Source: a virus
DNA length: 64,000 bases
IMG/VR virus record: IMGVR_UViG_3300030060_004280
Coordinates: 40,995-104,994 of that record
Reading direction: 5' to 3' (one strand)
Both the position numbers and the translations under genes were made by a program. Under the pieces are notes generated by a model. That model saw nothing but the letters and a program-made list of their open reading frames with translations. It was not told where the DNA came from and searched no databases. Below are positions 30,587 through 41,043 of this stretch, one piece after another; positions within the stretch are counted from its first letter, which is position 1, and each line of letters opens with the position of its first letter.

Positions 30587-30760
30587 TCAAGCGGTGACAA
30601 CAACAACATAGAGATTACCTTGCATCGTGTAAGATGTTATACTCTCAACGGTCTTAGCGTTGGTATAATCATCAAGCACCTTTTGGACTCCACCTTCAAC
30701 CAACGCGCCTGTTTCACAAGCCTCGTTAGGTGTGAACTCAAACACTTTAGTATCGGACAA
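30587..30760 (-). CDS. Small 57-aa protein (not in ORF track)
   Basis: TTG start after AAGGTGA. Reads MSDTKVFEFTPNEACETGALVEGGVQKVLDDYTNAKTVESITSYTMQGNLYVVVVTA* and fills the gap between its neighbours. Confidence 0.7.
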   Translation of the reverse strand: MSDTKVFEFTPNEACETGALVEGGVQKVLDDYTNAKTVESITSYTMQGNLYVVVVTA

Positions 30761-30771
30761 GGTGAATCACC

Positions 30772-31023
30772 TTATCTCTTGCCAAGTGCGAATAGTCGTC
30801 CACCGGACGCATGAGAAATGTCCGAGAAAGAAACAGTTGTTCCCGCTACTTTCGCTACACTTGCAGTTCCCGACGCGTGTGAAGGTTGAACCTGTGCCAT
30901 GAGTATTTCTGTCATGAAAGCACTAAGGTCAACGCTTGTGTCGCCGTTCGCTACTGTTCCGGTAATTGCTATCAAATCGCCTAATACATGTGGTCTGTTA
31001 TCGCTTGTAAATGCCATATTCAT
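30772..31023 (-). CDS. Small virion structural protein
   Basis: 83 aa, beta-rich (RPHVLGDLIAITGTV...FALGKR), downstream of the MCP. Confidence 0.6.
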   Translation of the reverse strand: MNMAFTSDNRPHVLGDLIAITGTVANGDTSVDLSAFMTEILMAQVQPSHASGTASVAKVAGTTVSFSDISHASGGRLFALGKR

Positions 31024-31403
31024 TCATCTCCTGTTGTGTTATCCATATCGCCTTCGCTCATAGAGTCTTCGGTAACTTTGGGCGGGTTAAGGTGTGCATC
31101 GACTTTAGCAAGTAATTTTGCTTTGGTTGATAGCGCGCTATATTCAACGCTATTATCATCCATCCATGTCATAATGTCACCTTTAGTCCACTTCATATCG
31201 GGTATGCCGTCATTGCCTTCATCTTCTTTAGCGGCAGGTAGCGCGAAAGGCACACCGTCCACTAAGAACTCTCCAACAAGAGCATGCGCATAATGGTCGA
31301 CCCATTCTTGCGTTTTGCTTTCTGCTTTACCCCAAGTCCAAAATCCTAAGCGACCCATATTACAGCCCGCCTTATGGCGACCTTTGTAAGTTACAGTCGG
31401 CAT
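31020..31403 (-). CDS. Protein with C-terminal HeH/LEM-like domain
   Basis: Probable start MPTVTYKG at 31403. PDMKWTKGDIMTWMDDNSVEYSALSTKAKLLAKV fits the helix-extension-helix pattern often found after phage MCP genes. Confidence 0.6.
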   Translation of the reverse strand: MPTVTYKGRHKAGCNMGRLGFWTWGKAESKTQEWVDHYAHALVGEFLVDGVPFALPAAKEDEGNDGIPDMKWTKGDIMTWMDDNSVEYSALSTKAKLLAKVDAHLNPPKVTEDSMSEGDMDNTTGDE

Positions 31404-31414
31404 TGGAATCAGCC

Positions 31415-31831
31415 TCAAGCAACAATCATCCATGCTGTAACATTAGCACCCGGCGCACCAACTACTGTGAATTGAGCAACACCGTTAGTAATGTTCTTTA
31501 GTTCAACACCTGCGTTTGCGACGCTTGTAGCACCAACAAGAACTGCAATAATTTTATTTGCACCACCGGACAATGTGAGGGTTTCATCATCAGCAAGAAC
31601 GGTTGTGAACTTTCCACAAACCAATTTCAATCCTGCCGTTGTTGTTCCGTCAGTCTGTCGAGCCTCAAATTGCCCTAATGTCCCCGGATAATAAACACCT
31701 GCTTTTGAAGCGGCGGTTGCGCCACCTGCAAGCCATTCACCATCAGTAGTCGGACTACCTGCGTATAGGTCTAAACTAAAACTTTCAGTAAATACTGCGC
31801 TTCCATCTGTTGTATATGTTATATCTGCCAT
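31415..31831 (-). CDS. Putative capsid decoration protein
   Basis: 138 aa, Ala/Gly/Thr-rich beta protein immediately after the MCP. Confidence 0.5.
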   Translation of the reverse strand: MADITYTTDGSAVFTESFSLDLYAGSPTTDGEWLAGGATAASKAGVYYPGTLGQFEARQTDGTTTAGLKLVCGKFTTVLADDETLTLSGGANKIIAVLVGATSVANAGVELKNITNGVAQFTVVGAPGANVTAWMIVA

Positions 31832-31846
31832 TCTTCATCATCTCCT

Positions 31847-32998
31847 TCATTGTAGGTCGCGAATTGAACCGCTTGCACCAAAGAAACTACCCCATAGTTC
31901 ACCCATAGTTCGGTAAAGTCCTTCCTGTCCGAGCCTGTTAATCGCGAATGGGTCACCTGTTTCAATACCACTTTCAAAGTATTGTGTTGGAATTGCGGTT
32001 TGGAACCACAAGTAGTCAGTATCAAGATAATAGATACGGGATAGAGAACTTGCACCTTCGTCCGGCATATCCTTTGTTGGGATAATTGGAACTCCGTTGT
32101 AAGTTGCTACAATAAATCCTGCTTCGATACCCGGAACACCCTTCACACCGGAATAGGTAGGGGTGATTCTCTTAGAATCCATGAATCTTTGTTGAGATTG
32201 CAACAGTTGTTGAGCGCGCATAAGCGTATCATATCCTGTTAGCATAACCTTTGGATTACCACCGCGAGTCCAAATCTGTTGGAATAGACCATCAAGTTGG
32301 TTTAGCGATAGGTTTCTCTTATTGTTTGCATCTGTTGATACATCAACTTCTGCGCTATGGAAATCTTTTGTTCCGTCGCGAGTAATAGAATACATATCGT
32401 GCTTAGTTAGCGAAGTAGTAATGTGGTTTGTTCCTGTTGTCATCTTGTCCGGGTCGGATGTGAGTCTGTCAAGTGACTCAAAGTTGTTACCGGCAGTTGT
32501 GTCAACATCAACAAGAAGCATCTTGTTAATCATTTCAGCGTGATGCTTACCCATTTCTTCTTTTAGAACCTGTCTAACATCGCCAAGTCCATCATCCTTA
32601 TCGGATAGGAACATGCTTACTTCGGATAGGTCGAAGGTGTGCGCGATAGTCTTAGGCTTAGCCGCTACATGCAGGAACTCCGGTCTTTTGGTTTCCGGTA
32701 GTGTTCCATTTTCTGCGATACCACCGCTAACGCCGGATTCAGCGCGCTCGGTGAGGATTCTCCATCCACTTCGCTCCCACGGTTTCTTAGGAAGAATTGA
32801 AAACGCGTTAAACTCTTGGTTTAACTGCGACCATACTTTACGGCCATAAACCGCTTGATATGTTCCTGCGGTTGTTGACATAAGTGGGCTGTCTGCCTTC
32901 AAAATGTCGCCGCTTGAGTAGGTGTAGCCTGTTTGAGCCGCACCACCGTAGTAGTATCTTTCCATGTCTTGAACTGTTCTTACATAATTTCGTGCCAT
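31847..32998 (-). CDS. Major capsid protein (HK97 fold)
   Basis: Probable start MARNYVRTV at 32998, after GGGAGAGTGA. Follows the protease. HK97-type pattern (KPKTIAHTFDLS...EMGKHHAEMINKMLL...ATYNGVPIIPT...IYYLDTDYL...GSIRDL). Confidence 0.9.
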   Translation of the reverse strand: MARNYVRTVQDMERYYYGGAAQTGYTYSSGDILKADSPLMSTTAGTYQAVYGRKVWSQLNQEFNAFSILPKKPWERSGWRILTERAESGVSGGIAENGTLPETKRPEFLHVAAKPKTIAHTFDLSEVSMFLSDKDDGLGDVRQVLKEEMGKHHAEMINKMLLVDVDTTAGNNFESLDRLTSDPDKMTTGTNHITTSLTKHDMYSITRDGTKDFHSAEVDVSTDANNKRNLSLNQLDGLFQQIWTRGGNPKVMLTGYDTLMRAQQLLQSQQRFMDSKRITPTYSGVKGVPGIEAGFIVATYNGVPIIPTKDMPDEGASSLSRIYYLDTDYLWFQTAIPTQYFESGIETGDPFAINRLGQEGLYRTMGELWGSFFGASGSIRDLQ

Positions 32999-33003
32999 AT
33001 TAT

Positions 33004-34416
33004 TCACTCTCCCCTCAATGCTTTGTCGGCCATGCGGTGAACTTCGTCCCACGACATGTTTGCCATTTCCGTAGTATCGGGAATTGTAATTGATGTGGTT
33101 GAAGCACTCTTAGTAAGAGTTTCTCCACCACCGGATGAAACGCGACTGATTCTTTCATCAAGCGCTACAACTGCTTTTTGCAATTCAAGAAGAGGTTTGC
33201 GGGAGTCAAAGTTTGCTCGCGCTTTCTCATTCTTTGCGATTCGCTGTTCTTTAGAAAGTCTGTCAGCGAAGTAGTCACCGAGAGAACCTTTGAATTGTTG
33301 CTCAACGGATGCCGCCTTATAGACTTCGTAAGCCGCTTCAATGTCACTTTGAGAAACATTTTCGGGCATAATAAAATCGCTCTTAATTACATTCTTGTTA
33401 CCGGATGGTGCGCTACCAAAGTTTTGCTTTGGTCGCTTGCCGGAATCATCTTCGCCCGCACCTTCAAGAGAACCTTGTCCTCTATGGTCGTAGCCGGATT
33501 GTCCCGGTCCATATCCTTTATTCACGCTGTCGAAGTGTGCGCGAGCATCAGCAATGTCGTGTCCTTGACTCTTTGCTGTTTGCTCAAGCCAATTCAAATA
33601 GTCCATTGTTATCATATCATCTGCTTTTGCTGTCATGTCATCACCATACATCATATCGTCGTCCTCATCATCCTCTTCATCCTCTTCTTCATCGTCAAGG
33701 TCAAGTTTAGGTTTGGACTCTTTCTTTTTGTCACCGAATGGGCCGGGGTCGCCGTCACCATCCGGGTCAAGTTGTGGAGGCATGCCTTTGTCAGCATCCT
33801 CGTCTTTCTTTTTCTTATCATCTTCTTCATCATCGAGTTTTTTCGATAGTCGTTCTAATACATTCTGTAATTCTGTCATAGGGTCGCTCATGGTATCACC
33901 TGTGTCCTCCTTGAGAATCCTAAATTGTGCTTCGGGGTTGATACCCTTCTCGCAAATAGTTACCTCATGGAGTTCCATACGACGGATTTCACGGTAATCA
34001 CCGCGAGTAGCGTCGCTCTTGTTAACACGCTCAAAGGCTTGACCGCCTATTGAGAATGACCGAAGGTTGCCCTTGCGGATTTCGGATGCAACTTCGCGGG
34101 CTTTTTCAATATCGCCGCGTAGTTTAATCACAACAAACATGCCGGTATCATCCACTTCGGATTTCCATACACGGCCATTGCTATCTGTGTAAGAAGGTAT
34201 TACCGTTCCTACTTGAATATTGGAGTGCGCAAGTTGAACATTGCGGAATCCATCTGCTTTCATAAATCCACTAAACGCATCTTTCAAAGCGCTACGGGTA
34301 ATTAGGTCGCCTTGCTTGTCGACCATTTCAACCGATGCATAACCTGCAACTACCAAATCGTCACCGAACCCCTTGAGAACAAGAGGGTTAGATTGAGAAG
34401 GTGCAAGAATTGCCAT
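33004..34416 (-). CDS. Prohead protease (HK97/U35-like) fused to acidic scaffolding domain
   Basis: VAGYASVEMVDKQGDLI...LAH...LRSFSIGG...LHEVTICEKGINPEA, followed by an Asp/Glu-rich region and coiled coils. Confidence 0.9.
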   Translation of the reverse strand: MAILAPSQSNPLVLKGFGDDLVVAGYASVEMVDKQGDLITRSALKDAFSGFMKADGFRNVQLAHSNIQVGTVIPSYTDSNGRVWKSEVDDTGMFVVIKLRGDIEKAREVASEIRKGNLRSFSIGGQAFERVNKSDATRGDYREIRRMELHEVTICEKGINPEAQFRILKEDTGDTMSDPMTELQNVLERLSKKLDDEEDDKKKKDEDADKGMPPQLDPDGDGDPGPFGDKKKESKPKLDLDDEEEDEEDDEDDDMMYGDDMTAKADDMITMDYLNWLEQTAKSQGHDIADARAHFDSVNKGYGPGQSGYDHRGQGSLEGAGEDDSGKRPKQNFGSAPSGNKNVIKSDFIMPENVSQSDIEAAYEVYKAASVEQQFKGSLGDYFADRLSKEQRIAKNEKARANFDSRKPLLELQKAVVALDERISRVSSGGGETLTKSASTTSITIPDTTEMANMSWDEVHRMADKALRGE

Positions 34417-34443
34417 TGTCCCGCTTCATGCGCTACAACTATA

Positions 34444-37400
34444 TCAAACGCGCGGTTGTGTTATTGTGACATTTCCTTTGTAGTCTGTAACGCCTTCTTC
34501 ACCCGCAGTAGTGCGAATAACCTTTGGTTTTTTATCGGTTGTAGCGCGCTTTTCTTTGTATTCTCTCGATGAAGGGTCAAAGTCCGGTAGCGTATCATCA
34601 TTCATGTTGGTTGTTGGACCTCGCGGGGACTCAACATCAGCGCCCGCATAATCTATACCAAGACCTTCAACCCCTGTATGAGTAATTTTTTCTTTTGATA
34701 CGCGCTCTAACATCAATTCAGCCATTTCAAGACCGCGTTTGATAACTTCTTCTTCTTTCGGTAACACTTTTTTGCGCTCTTTAGTGTGACCTGCCGGTGC
34801 TTCGGGGTCAACTTCTTTACTCTTGTAGCGCTTTGGAGTGTTGAAAGCCTTTTCCTTATCTTTTTTGAGAAGAATAGTTGCTATTGGAGTCCAATGAGGT
34901 CGCAAATCTTCGGACAATTTAATGAAATATTCTTCTCCGTGACCCCATAGAGTGTTTTGAGGTTCAAGCATCCACCCACCTTCTTCTTCATTCACTTTGT
35001 AAATCACTTCATCATCAAGTGATGGGAATAAAATATGAATAGCGCCTTTATTCAGTCTAACTTTATGAGGTATTTTTGAATCGCTACACATCATGCTTAG
35101 CGATTCAACACTATCTGCGGCTTGAGGGTGTGCATCTCGGTCAACTCTTGCCGAGCGTATAGTATATGTTGGGTTTTCATCACCTTTGGATGTTACACCT
35201 GTGCAAAATACAGTAATGTATTCGCCTTTATCATACCCTCTTGGACCCTTAGCAGTTCCAACATCCATGTAGTGTTCTCCGTTCAACTCCACCGAGCGCG
35301 CACCGTAGTGTTCGGGATGCATAATTGGACCAATACCAATTCTGTAATTCATACCTTTACGGTCAAGAATAATCACATCAATTTTCTTTTCTTTACTCAA
35401 AAGAATCCACTTGGGGTGTCGTATCTCTCCCCTCATGTATGTAGCGGAGGCATCTCGTAGTAGTATATCGCATGGTGATTCTTCGCGCAATAAATGAACT
35501 GCTTCTTCTAACCCTTCATCATCTGTGCGCTTTGTGTTATATGGTTCGGGCATTTTGATAGTTTCTGTTGATTCAAAATGAGCGCGTAAATGTCTAACTC
35601 GGTCTTTAGCGGGCATATTGTGTGTCTTTTCATCTGCCGCTTCAAGAAGGTCGATGAAATACAATTTATCTCCATCCACGATAGCGTGAACTACAAAGTC
35701 TTTATCATTCACTTTACCCATGTCCTCTTCACAACAATCTGCTAATTCGACCAATTTCATGTCTGCGTTGTATGCTTTTACGCGCTTTCCTTTCTTTTGT
35801 AATATGACAGGTTCACCTTTTGGTATGTGTGACGCTATCCAATCACCACTAAAACCACGAAGATGTTTCAAATCGCTAAGGTCAAAGATTCTATGCATTG
35901 ATTTCATTGGAACAGGGCGACCGTCTTCTTTGAAAATTAGTGTATCGTCTGTAAGAGAGTCAAGCATTTCGCTATCCGAGAGTAGCAACTGTTGACCCGA
36001 CCCCATACCCGAAAACACCGGAAGGTTGCTATTAACACTTTGGCCGGGTATGCCGGATGGTTGCATAGCGACAGGAGGAAATTGTGTGCCTTTATCTGCT
36101 GATACATCATATGGCGGTAGCGCGGAATCAAAATCTCTAAGCCTGTAAGGGTCTAAAGACGCTCTCATTAACAAATCACCTTGATGAAAGTCGCCTTTGT
36201 CGTCATGAATTATGAGTGCATTACTTCTTAGCGCGTGTGTTGCTATTCTATGTGATGGGCGAATAACATGGCCTAATTTTTTATTAGCGGCTGAACATGT
36301 ATGAACTGCGGGTAATTGCAACTCATTAACTCCCATACCTCCTGTTCCAACATGTCGCGAATTGGTGTTTATTTTTCCAATTTCATTATTGACACCTTTT
36401 ACATCACCTTTCAAACGCTGAATGAAAGTTTCCATTCTGTTAGTCAAATCATTAAATCCTTCATCACCTTTGGTTTTTGGTAAAGGTGCTGTCTTGCGAG
36501 CAACTGTATCAATACCATTAGCGCTACCTTTAGAGTGTTTTACTAACGCATGATAGACAGCGTTTAGCGCTTTAATTTCAGCATGCATTTTGTAAGGTTT
36601 TCCCATTTTATTAGTTATTGCATCTCCACCACTCATTAACGGATTATCTTCATCAATTTCTGCATTATGATGGTGACCTCCGGTGACGCTTTTGTAACCA
36701 TACACCCTGCCAACAAAATCACCATCGTCGGTGCTTCTCCCGCTACCTTGACCGAAACCAACTAAAGATTGCGGAGTCATTATCCTCATAAGGTTTTGAC
36801 CTCCTGTTTCATTCTCTTCACCTTCTTCATTTTCTATCATTTGTTTAGCGCTATGCGGAATATACCGAGCATGTAGCACATCTGCAAAATCTTGGGATGT
36901 AGCGTCTTTAGGCAAGACGCGTCTTACTTCATCAAATATCTTCTTAACTAACTCGTTATTGTTCACTTTACCGGCTAACTCTAAAGGATAATGTGCTGAA
37001 TCTAATTCACCATTGACATACTTTTGCATCAAACCCATAACTGAATTATCTTCACCCATATCGACATTACGCTTTATGTCCCCCGCTTGGAAAAATTGCC
37101 TCATCATTGGGGCTGTGGTGTCTTTGATTAAACCATCAATCTGCTGTTCAATAGCGCTGTCACTCATTCCCTTATCCTTAAAATGCTCCTGTAATATCTC
37201 CATCACAGGTTTTCCTGTTTCGCGCGAACAGTTAACTTTGGCATTCTTAATCCAATTTTTTCTCTCTTTAGGGCTAAGTGTTCTCATCCATGTTTCACAT
37301 AAATGTGCGAGCATTTTGGTATCAGCCCATGCTTGATTAGCATGTTTAGGAGTATGAGTTTGAAACAAATCGGGATTGGCCCACTTCAATAAAGGTTTCA

Positions 37401-40400
37401 TGATTTGACTTGCCGCTACTGCTTGCTCATGCATTGTTTGCGCATCTTCAAAATACAATTTGCGCATTTCATGTTCTGTTATAGGAGGCAACTCGCCTAT
37501 GTTATCAACAATATATTTTCCTTGCTCGGTTGCTAATTTTTCAAAGTTGGTAGCGCTGACTGTTGAACCATCTCTATGCGCTTGTCGCGCCGAGTCGCGG
37601 TATTTTTCTAAAGCCTCTTGATAGTGTGATAATGGATTGAGAGCAACAATGTATTGTTTTCCATCCCCATAATAACCTGTAAAATCGCTATCTTGTTTGA
37701 TAGAGCGCTTCAATCTATTTCTCGATGCCGGTCCTAATTCGCTAAACATCGCGCCATTAGATTCTTGATGAAAACTATTCCCTTTATCGTCCGGCGCTGT
37801 TAACTCCTGCACTAATTCTGTGCGGTCGGTTATGTTATCTCTTAGTGGTGTTGGTAGTCGTAGTATCTTACCTTCGTCTTCATAGCGCTTCATAGCGCTC
37901 TCGTATTCATCTTTGTCATAAATAGCAATCTTCGCATCAAAATCGCCACCAAGTAATTCGTTTTGATACAAACCTCCTGCATTATCACCCCTACCTAATG
38001 GGTCACGATGCTTACTTGTATAGGTCGCTCCGGGTTTAAGTTGCTTTGTGTTATGCGTTTTATGGTCTTCTTCGCTGTAATTATCAATTCCATGATGTGC
38101 TTGAAATAGTAAAGTGTGTAACATCAACATACGATTATATGCTTCATCTGCGCTTATCTCACTTGAGTGCAAATCCATTTTCTTTTTTCCAATTCTGCCT
38201 TTTTTTGGTGAATGGTCTTCAAGACCTCTCACATCTCGACCAAAAGTGGAGTCACCTACTCGCCTCAAAGTATTACCTTCTGTGTCTTTTTTAGCGCGAC
38301 TTCTTGACACTCCACCTATGTTATCCGATACAAGTCGCGCATGCCTCATTGCCATTATTGAATCCATAGGCGTGTTATGATTTTCTATACCGCGTAACCA
38401 ATGATGTTTGAAATCAGCCGAAAAGTGATTTGGATTCCTTTCTGTTTCAAGAGCATTTGTATGACTTAAAAGTGGCGCTATAAAAGCGGAGTGACCTGCT
38501 GTTACAGGGGCGGATGCAGGAGTATATTCTAAATACTTATCAAGACCCATTTCCGGTATTTTATCGAGCATGTATTCCTCTTCACTAACCTCTTCTGCTT
38601 GACGCGCACTTACATTCCTTGAGTAACCTTCACGGTCTGCTTGAAATCCTTGCGGGAACTCGACTTCAACACCATTTCCTTCATTAAATCGCTCAAGCAT
38701 TTTATCTTGCGCATCATCACTCATTCCTGCGTTATTCATAGCGCGTTCTAAATCCAACTTAATTCTTGCATGTGCAGGGTCGTCGGGGTCTGCTTGAAAT
38801 CTTTCATTATACTTCTTTTCGGATAATTTTTTACCCTTTGCTGATTGATATGTGTTCTTGACTGATGGTAATGTTGGCTCTCTTTCTTCTTCATCATCGA
38901 CAAGTGGTTGTTCTCGATGAACAAATACAGACGGGAATGCACCATACACTAAATCATCCCAATGCGAAAACGCTTCACCCATAGCACCTTCAAAACCACC
39001 GATAGCGCGTTGCATATAGTATTGCGGAGTCCTTTCTAACTCCGGCTCTCCGTCTAACGGATTGAAAAAGAAGTTTTGATTCTTCAATTTGAAAAGATGC
39101 TTAACATTTCGTAAAAAATCCATGTTGTCTGCGGTTGAACTGCTATCACCATGCATTTTAGCCAACTCGCTCATTACATCTTTTAGTTCATCTTCGGACA
39201 GTATAGCGTGATAGTTGGGCGTGTCTTCACCATCTCCAACTTTTTCTAACAAACCTTGACGGTTAAGAACTTCATTTTGCTCTTCGCGTGTGATACCCAA
39301 CTCGTCGATGTATCGAATAACCTTCTCCGGTGTCATGTCGGAATTGGCTTTTCCTTGCATCAAAAGTTTCTTCTTTACATCTTTATTTTGCATCATTTCT
39401 ATTTGACCGCGCGTTCGACCTTTTTCACCCATAGGTAAAGAGTTGTGACCCGATGTTCCAATGTTACCCGAATAAGTAGCGTGAAGAGCATGAGCAAAGT
39501 TAGAGCAATGTCTTGATAGAAAACCTCTCGCATTATGACCTAATATTTGATTAATTGCCTTATCATCAAAGCGCGGATTGCTTCTGTTATAGTCTTCACC
39601 GTCAACATGCCCTGCACCGTCTAAGAACCATTCTGCAAACTTTATTTTATCTTCATAATCTATGAGGGGTATTCCAAAATAAAGAGGAAAGAAACCATCG
39701 CGCAACTTAGAAGAATCTCTCGATTCGCTTTTGGCTTTGAGTTTCTTGGTAGCGCTTTCGGATATGAAACCAATATCATCATACAAGTTTTCCCATATGT
39801 AATCATTAGGAACACCGCGTATTTCCCATATTTTATGATTAAGGAAATGGTGTTTTAGTGCAGTATTTTCTAAGATAAGGCGAGCGCGCTCTTCTGTCAT
39901 ATCTTTATCGTCAGCATACTCTTGTATTTTTTTGGGCGGTATGGGTAGCGATGTATATATTTCTTTGAATTTATCGCGATACTTTTTGAAAGAATCAACA
40001 AATTGCTTATCGTAAGACGCTTCATTATCCGAATTGCTCCACTTACCCATGTTTTGAGTTTGCGCTAATCTGTGATTAACTCCCATATCTGTCATCGCTT
40101 TATCCATGAGTTTGCGCGTAGGAACACCACCTTCACTTGTGTTGAATATTGCTTGAATGTATTGGGTTGTTATCGGAGTTGTTGAGTTTGCTGATGGAAA
40201 AGAAGATGATGAGTGAAACCAATTCATGTGTCGAGTTGGATGGTCTTCGGAATCAAACTCGCTATCTTCACCCGGCATTGTTGGTAACTGCCAACTCAAA
40301 AAGCGTTGACATAATTCTCTCCTTCTTTGAGGATTAGGGTTATCACCATTTGGACCGCAATCATACCATTCATCAAAGTTGAACATTGGTATTGGTATTC

Positions 40401-40689
40401 TGTTGTGCGGTTTATCCCTACCTTCGTATTGAGTAGTTCTGTTAGAAATAATGTTGGCTTGCTCTCTCCGTGATAATGTTTTATCCGCGACTGTTGCAAT
40501 TTTAGCCTTCGCTAAATATCTTTCAACATCATGAATAAATGACGGAACGCAATAGTTATGATTTTCTAAATTGTTAGCGCTAAATATTACATCTGCCGCT
40601 TCGTTAAGCGCAGGTAATCCCTCAAAATACGACTTTAGGAAAAGGTCTATTGTGCGCGAATGGTATTGTGTTGGGTTGTCTTTTGACAC
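34444..40689 (-). CDS. 2,081-aa protein with C-terminal degenerate ATP-dependent DNA ligase-like domain
   Basis: At ~35100-35900 the ligase motif order is kept: WIASHIPKGEP (I), FVVHAIV (III), LYFIDLL (IIIa), DILLRD...Y..G (IV), KWILL (V), then an OB-like region. The catalytic KxDGxR is lost. GTG start after GAGGTGGTGA. Confidence 0.65.
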   Translation of the reverse strand: MSKDNPTQYHSRTIDLFLKSYFEGLPALNEAADVIFSANNLENHNYCVPSFIHDVERYLAKAKIATVADKTLSRREQANIISNRTTQYEGRDKPHNRIPIPMFNFDEWYDCGPNGDNPNPQRRRELCQRFLSWQLPTMPGEDSEFDSEDHPTRHMNWFHSSSSFPSANSTTPITTQYIQAIFNTSEGGVPTRKLMDKAMTDMGVNHRLAQTQNMGKWSNSDNEASYDKQFVDSFKKYRDKFKEIYTSLPIPPKKIQEYADDKDMTEERARLILENTALKHHFLNHKIWEIRGVPNDYIWENLYDDIGFISESATKKLKAKSESRDSSKLRDGFFPLYFGIPLIDYEDKIKFAEWFLDGAGHVDGEDYNRSNPRFDDKAINQILGHNARGFLSRHCSNFAHALHATYSGNIGTSGHNSLPMGEKGRTRGQIEMMQNKDVKKKLLMQGKANSDMTPEKVIRYIDELGITREEQNEVLNRQGLLEKVGDGEDTPNYHAILSEDELKDVMSELAKMHGDSSSTADNMDFLRNVKHLFKLKNQNFFFNPLDGEPELERTPQYYMQRAIGGFEGAMGEAFSHWDDLVYGAFPSVFVHREQPLVDDEEEREPTLPSVKNTYQSAKGKKLSEKKYNERFQADPDDPAHARIKLDLERAMNNAGMSDDAQDKMLERFNEGNGVEVEFPQGFQADREGYSRNVSARQAEEVSEEEYMLDKIPEMGLDKYLEYTPASAPVTAGHSAFIAPLLSHTNALETERNPNHFSADFKHHWLRGIENHNTPMDSIMAMRHARLVSDNIGGVSRSRAKKDTEGNTLRRVGDSTFGRDVRGLEDHSPKKGRIGKKKMDLHSSEISADEAYNRMLMLHTLLFQAHHGIDNYSEEDHKTHNTKQLKPGATYTSKHRDPLGRGDNAGGLYQNELLGGDFDAKIAIYDKDEYESAMKRYEDEGKILRLPTPLRDNITDRTELVQELTAPDDKGNSFHQESNGAMFSELGPASRNRLKRSIKQDSDFTGYYGDGKQYIVALNPLSHYQEALEKYRDSARQAHRDGSTVSATNFEKLATEQGKYIVDNIGELPPITEHEMRKLYFEDAQTMHEQAVAASQIMKPLLKWANPDLFQTHTPKHANQAWADTKMLAHLCETWMRTLSPKERKNWIKNAKVNCSRETGKPVMEILQEHFKDKGMSDSAIEQQIDGLIKDTTAPMMRQFFQAGDIKRNVDMGEDNSVMGLMQKYVNGELDSAHYPLELAGKVNNNELVKKIFDEVRRVLPKDATSQDFADVLHARYIPHSAKQMIENEEGEENETGGQNLMRIMTPQSLVGFGQGSGRSTDDGDFVGRVYGYKSVTGGHHHNAEIDEDNPLMSGGDAITNKMGKPYKMHAEIKALNAVYHALVKHSKGSANGIDTVARKTAPLPKTKGDEGFNDLTNRMETFIQRLKGDVKGVNNEIGKINTNSRHVGTGGMGVNELQLPAVHTCSAANKKLGHVIRPSHRIATHALRSNALIIHDDKGDFHQGDLLMRASLDPYRLRDFDSALPPYDVSADKGTQFPPVAMQPSGIPGQSVNSNLPVFSGMGSGQQLLLSDSEMLDSLTDDTLIFKEDGRPVPMKSMHRIFDLSDLKHLRGFSGDWIASHIPKGEPVILQKKGKRVKAYNADMKLVELADCCEEDMGKVNDKDFVVHAIVDGDKLYFIDLLEAADEKTHNMPAKDRVRHLRAHFESTETIKMPEPYNTKRTDDEGLEEAVHLLREESPCDILLRDASATYMRGEIRHPKWILLSKEKKIDVIILDRKGMNYRIGIGPIMHPEHYGARSVELNGEHYMDVGTAKGPRGYDKGEYITVFCTGVTSKGDENPTYTIRSARVDRDAHPQAADSVESLSMMCSDSKIPHKVRLNKGAIHILFPSLDDEVIYKVNEEEGGWMLEPQNTLWGHGEEYFIKLSEDLRPHWTPIATILLKKDKEKAFNTPKRYKSKEVDPEAPAGHTKERKKVLPKEEEVIKRGLEMAELMLERVSKEKITHTGVEGLGIDYAGADVESPRGPTTNMNDDTLPDFDPSSREYKEKRATTDKKPKVIRTTAGEEGVTDYKGNVTITQPRV

Positions 40690-40701
40690 ACAATCACCAC
40701 C

Positions 40702-41043
40702 TCAATAATAGTCTGTTGCGCCTGTAAATGCACTTGGAGGACTCTTATCCGGGTCACCACCCGCTACATTCTCATGTGCTGATAGCGCATCATCGTGAGA
40801 TGAATGTTGCTTTTCGTCTAAATTAACTTCTTCTTTCTTTGGGTCTGTGCGCTTTACATCTTCAACTTCAATAGTTTGATTATTGGTATGATAATATCCC
40901 GGCTTTACTTTCTCGACACCGCGAACACTCTCAAACCCTGTTGCGTTTTTAGACCCAAACTTGCCTTCAACGGCTTTTGCTTCTTTCAATAGCGCTTCTA
41001 AATCCGGTGCGTGTTGCCCTGCTTCGACTTTCATTGGTTTCAT
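40702..41043 (-). CDS. Hypothetical head-module protein
   Basis: 113 aa, hydrophilic, ATGA overlap with the upstream gene, GGAGG RBS. Confidence 0.6.
   Translation of the reverse strand: MKPMKVEAGQHAPDLEALLKEAKAVEGKFGSKNATGFESVRGVEKVKPGYYHTNNQTIEVEDVKRTDPKKEEVNLDEKQHSSHDDALSAHENVAGGDPDKSPPSAFTGATDYY

Noticed and set aside
35100-35900. Functional ATP-dependent DNA ligase
   Set aside because: The KxDGxR, DGE, EG and KxK catalytic residues are substituted; reported as a degenerate fold instead.
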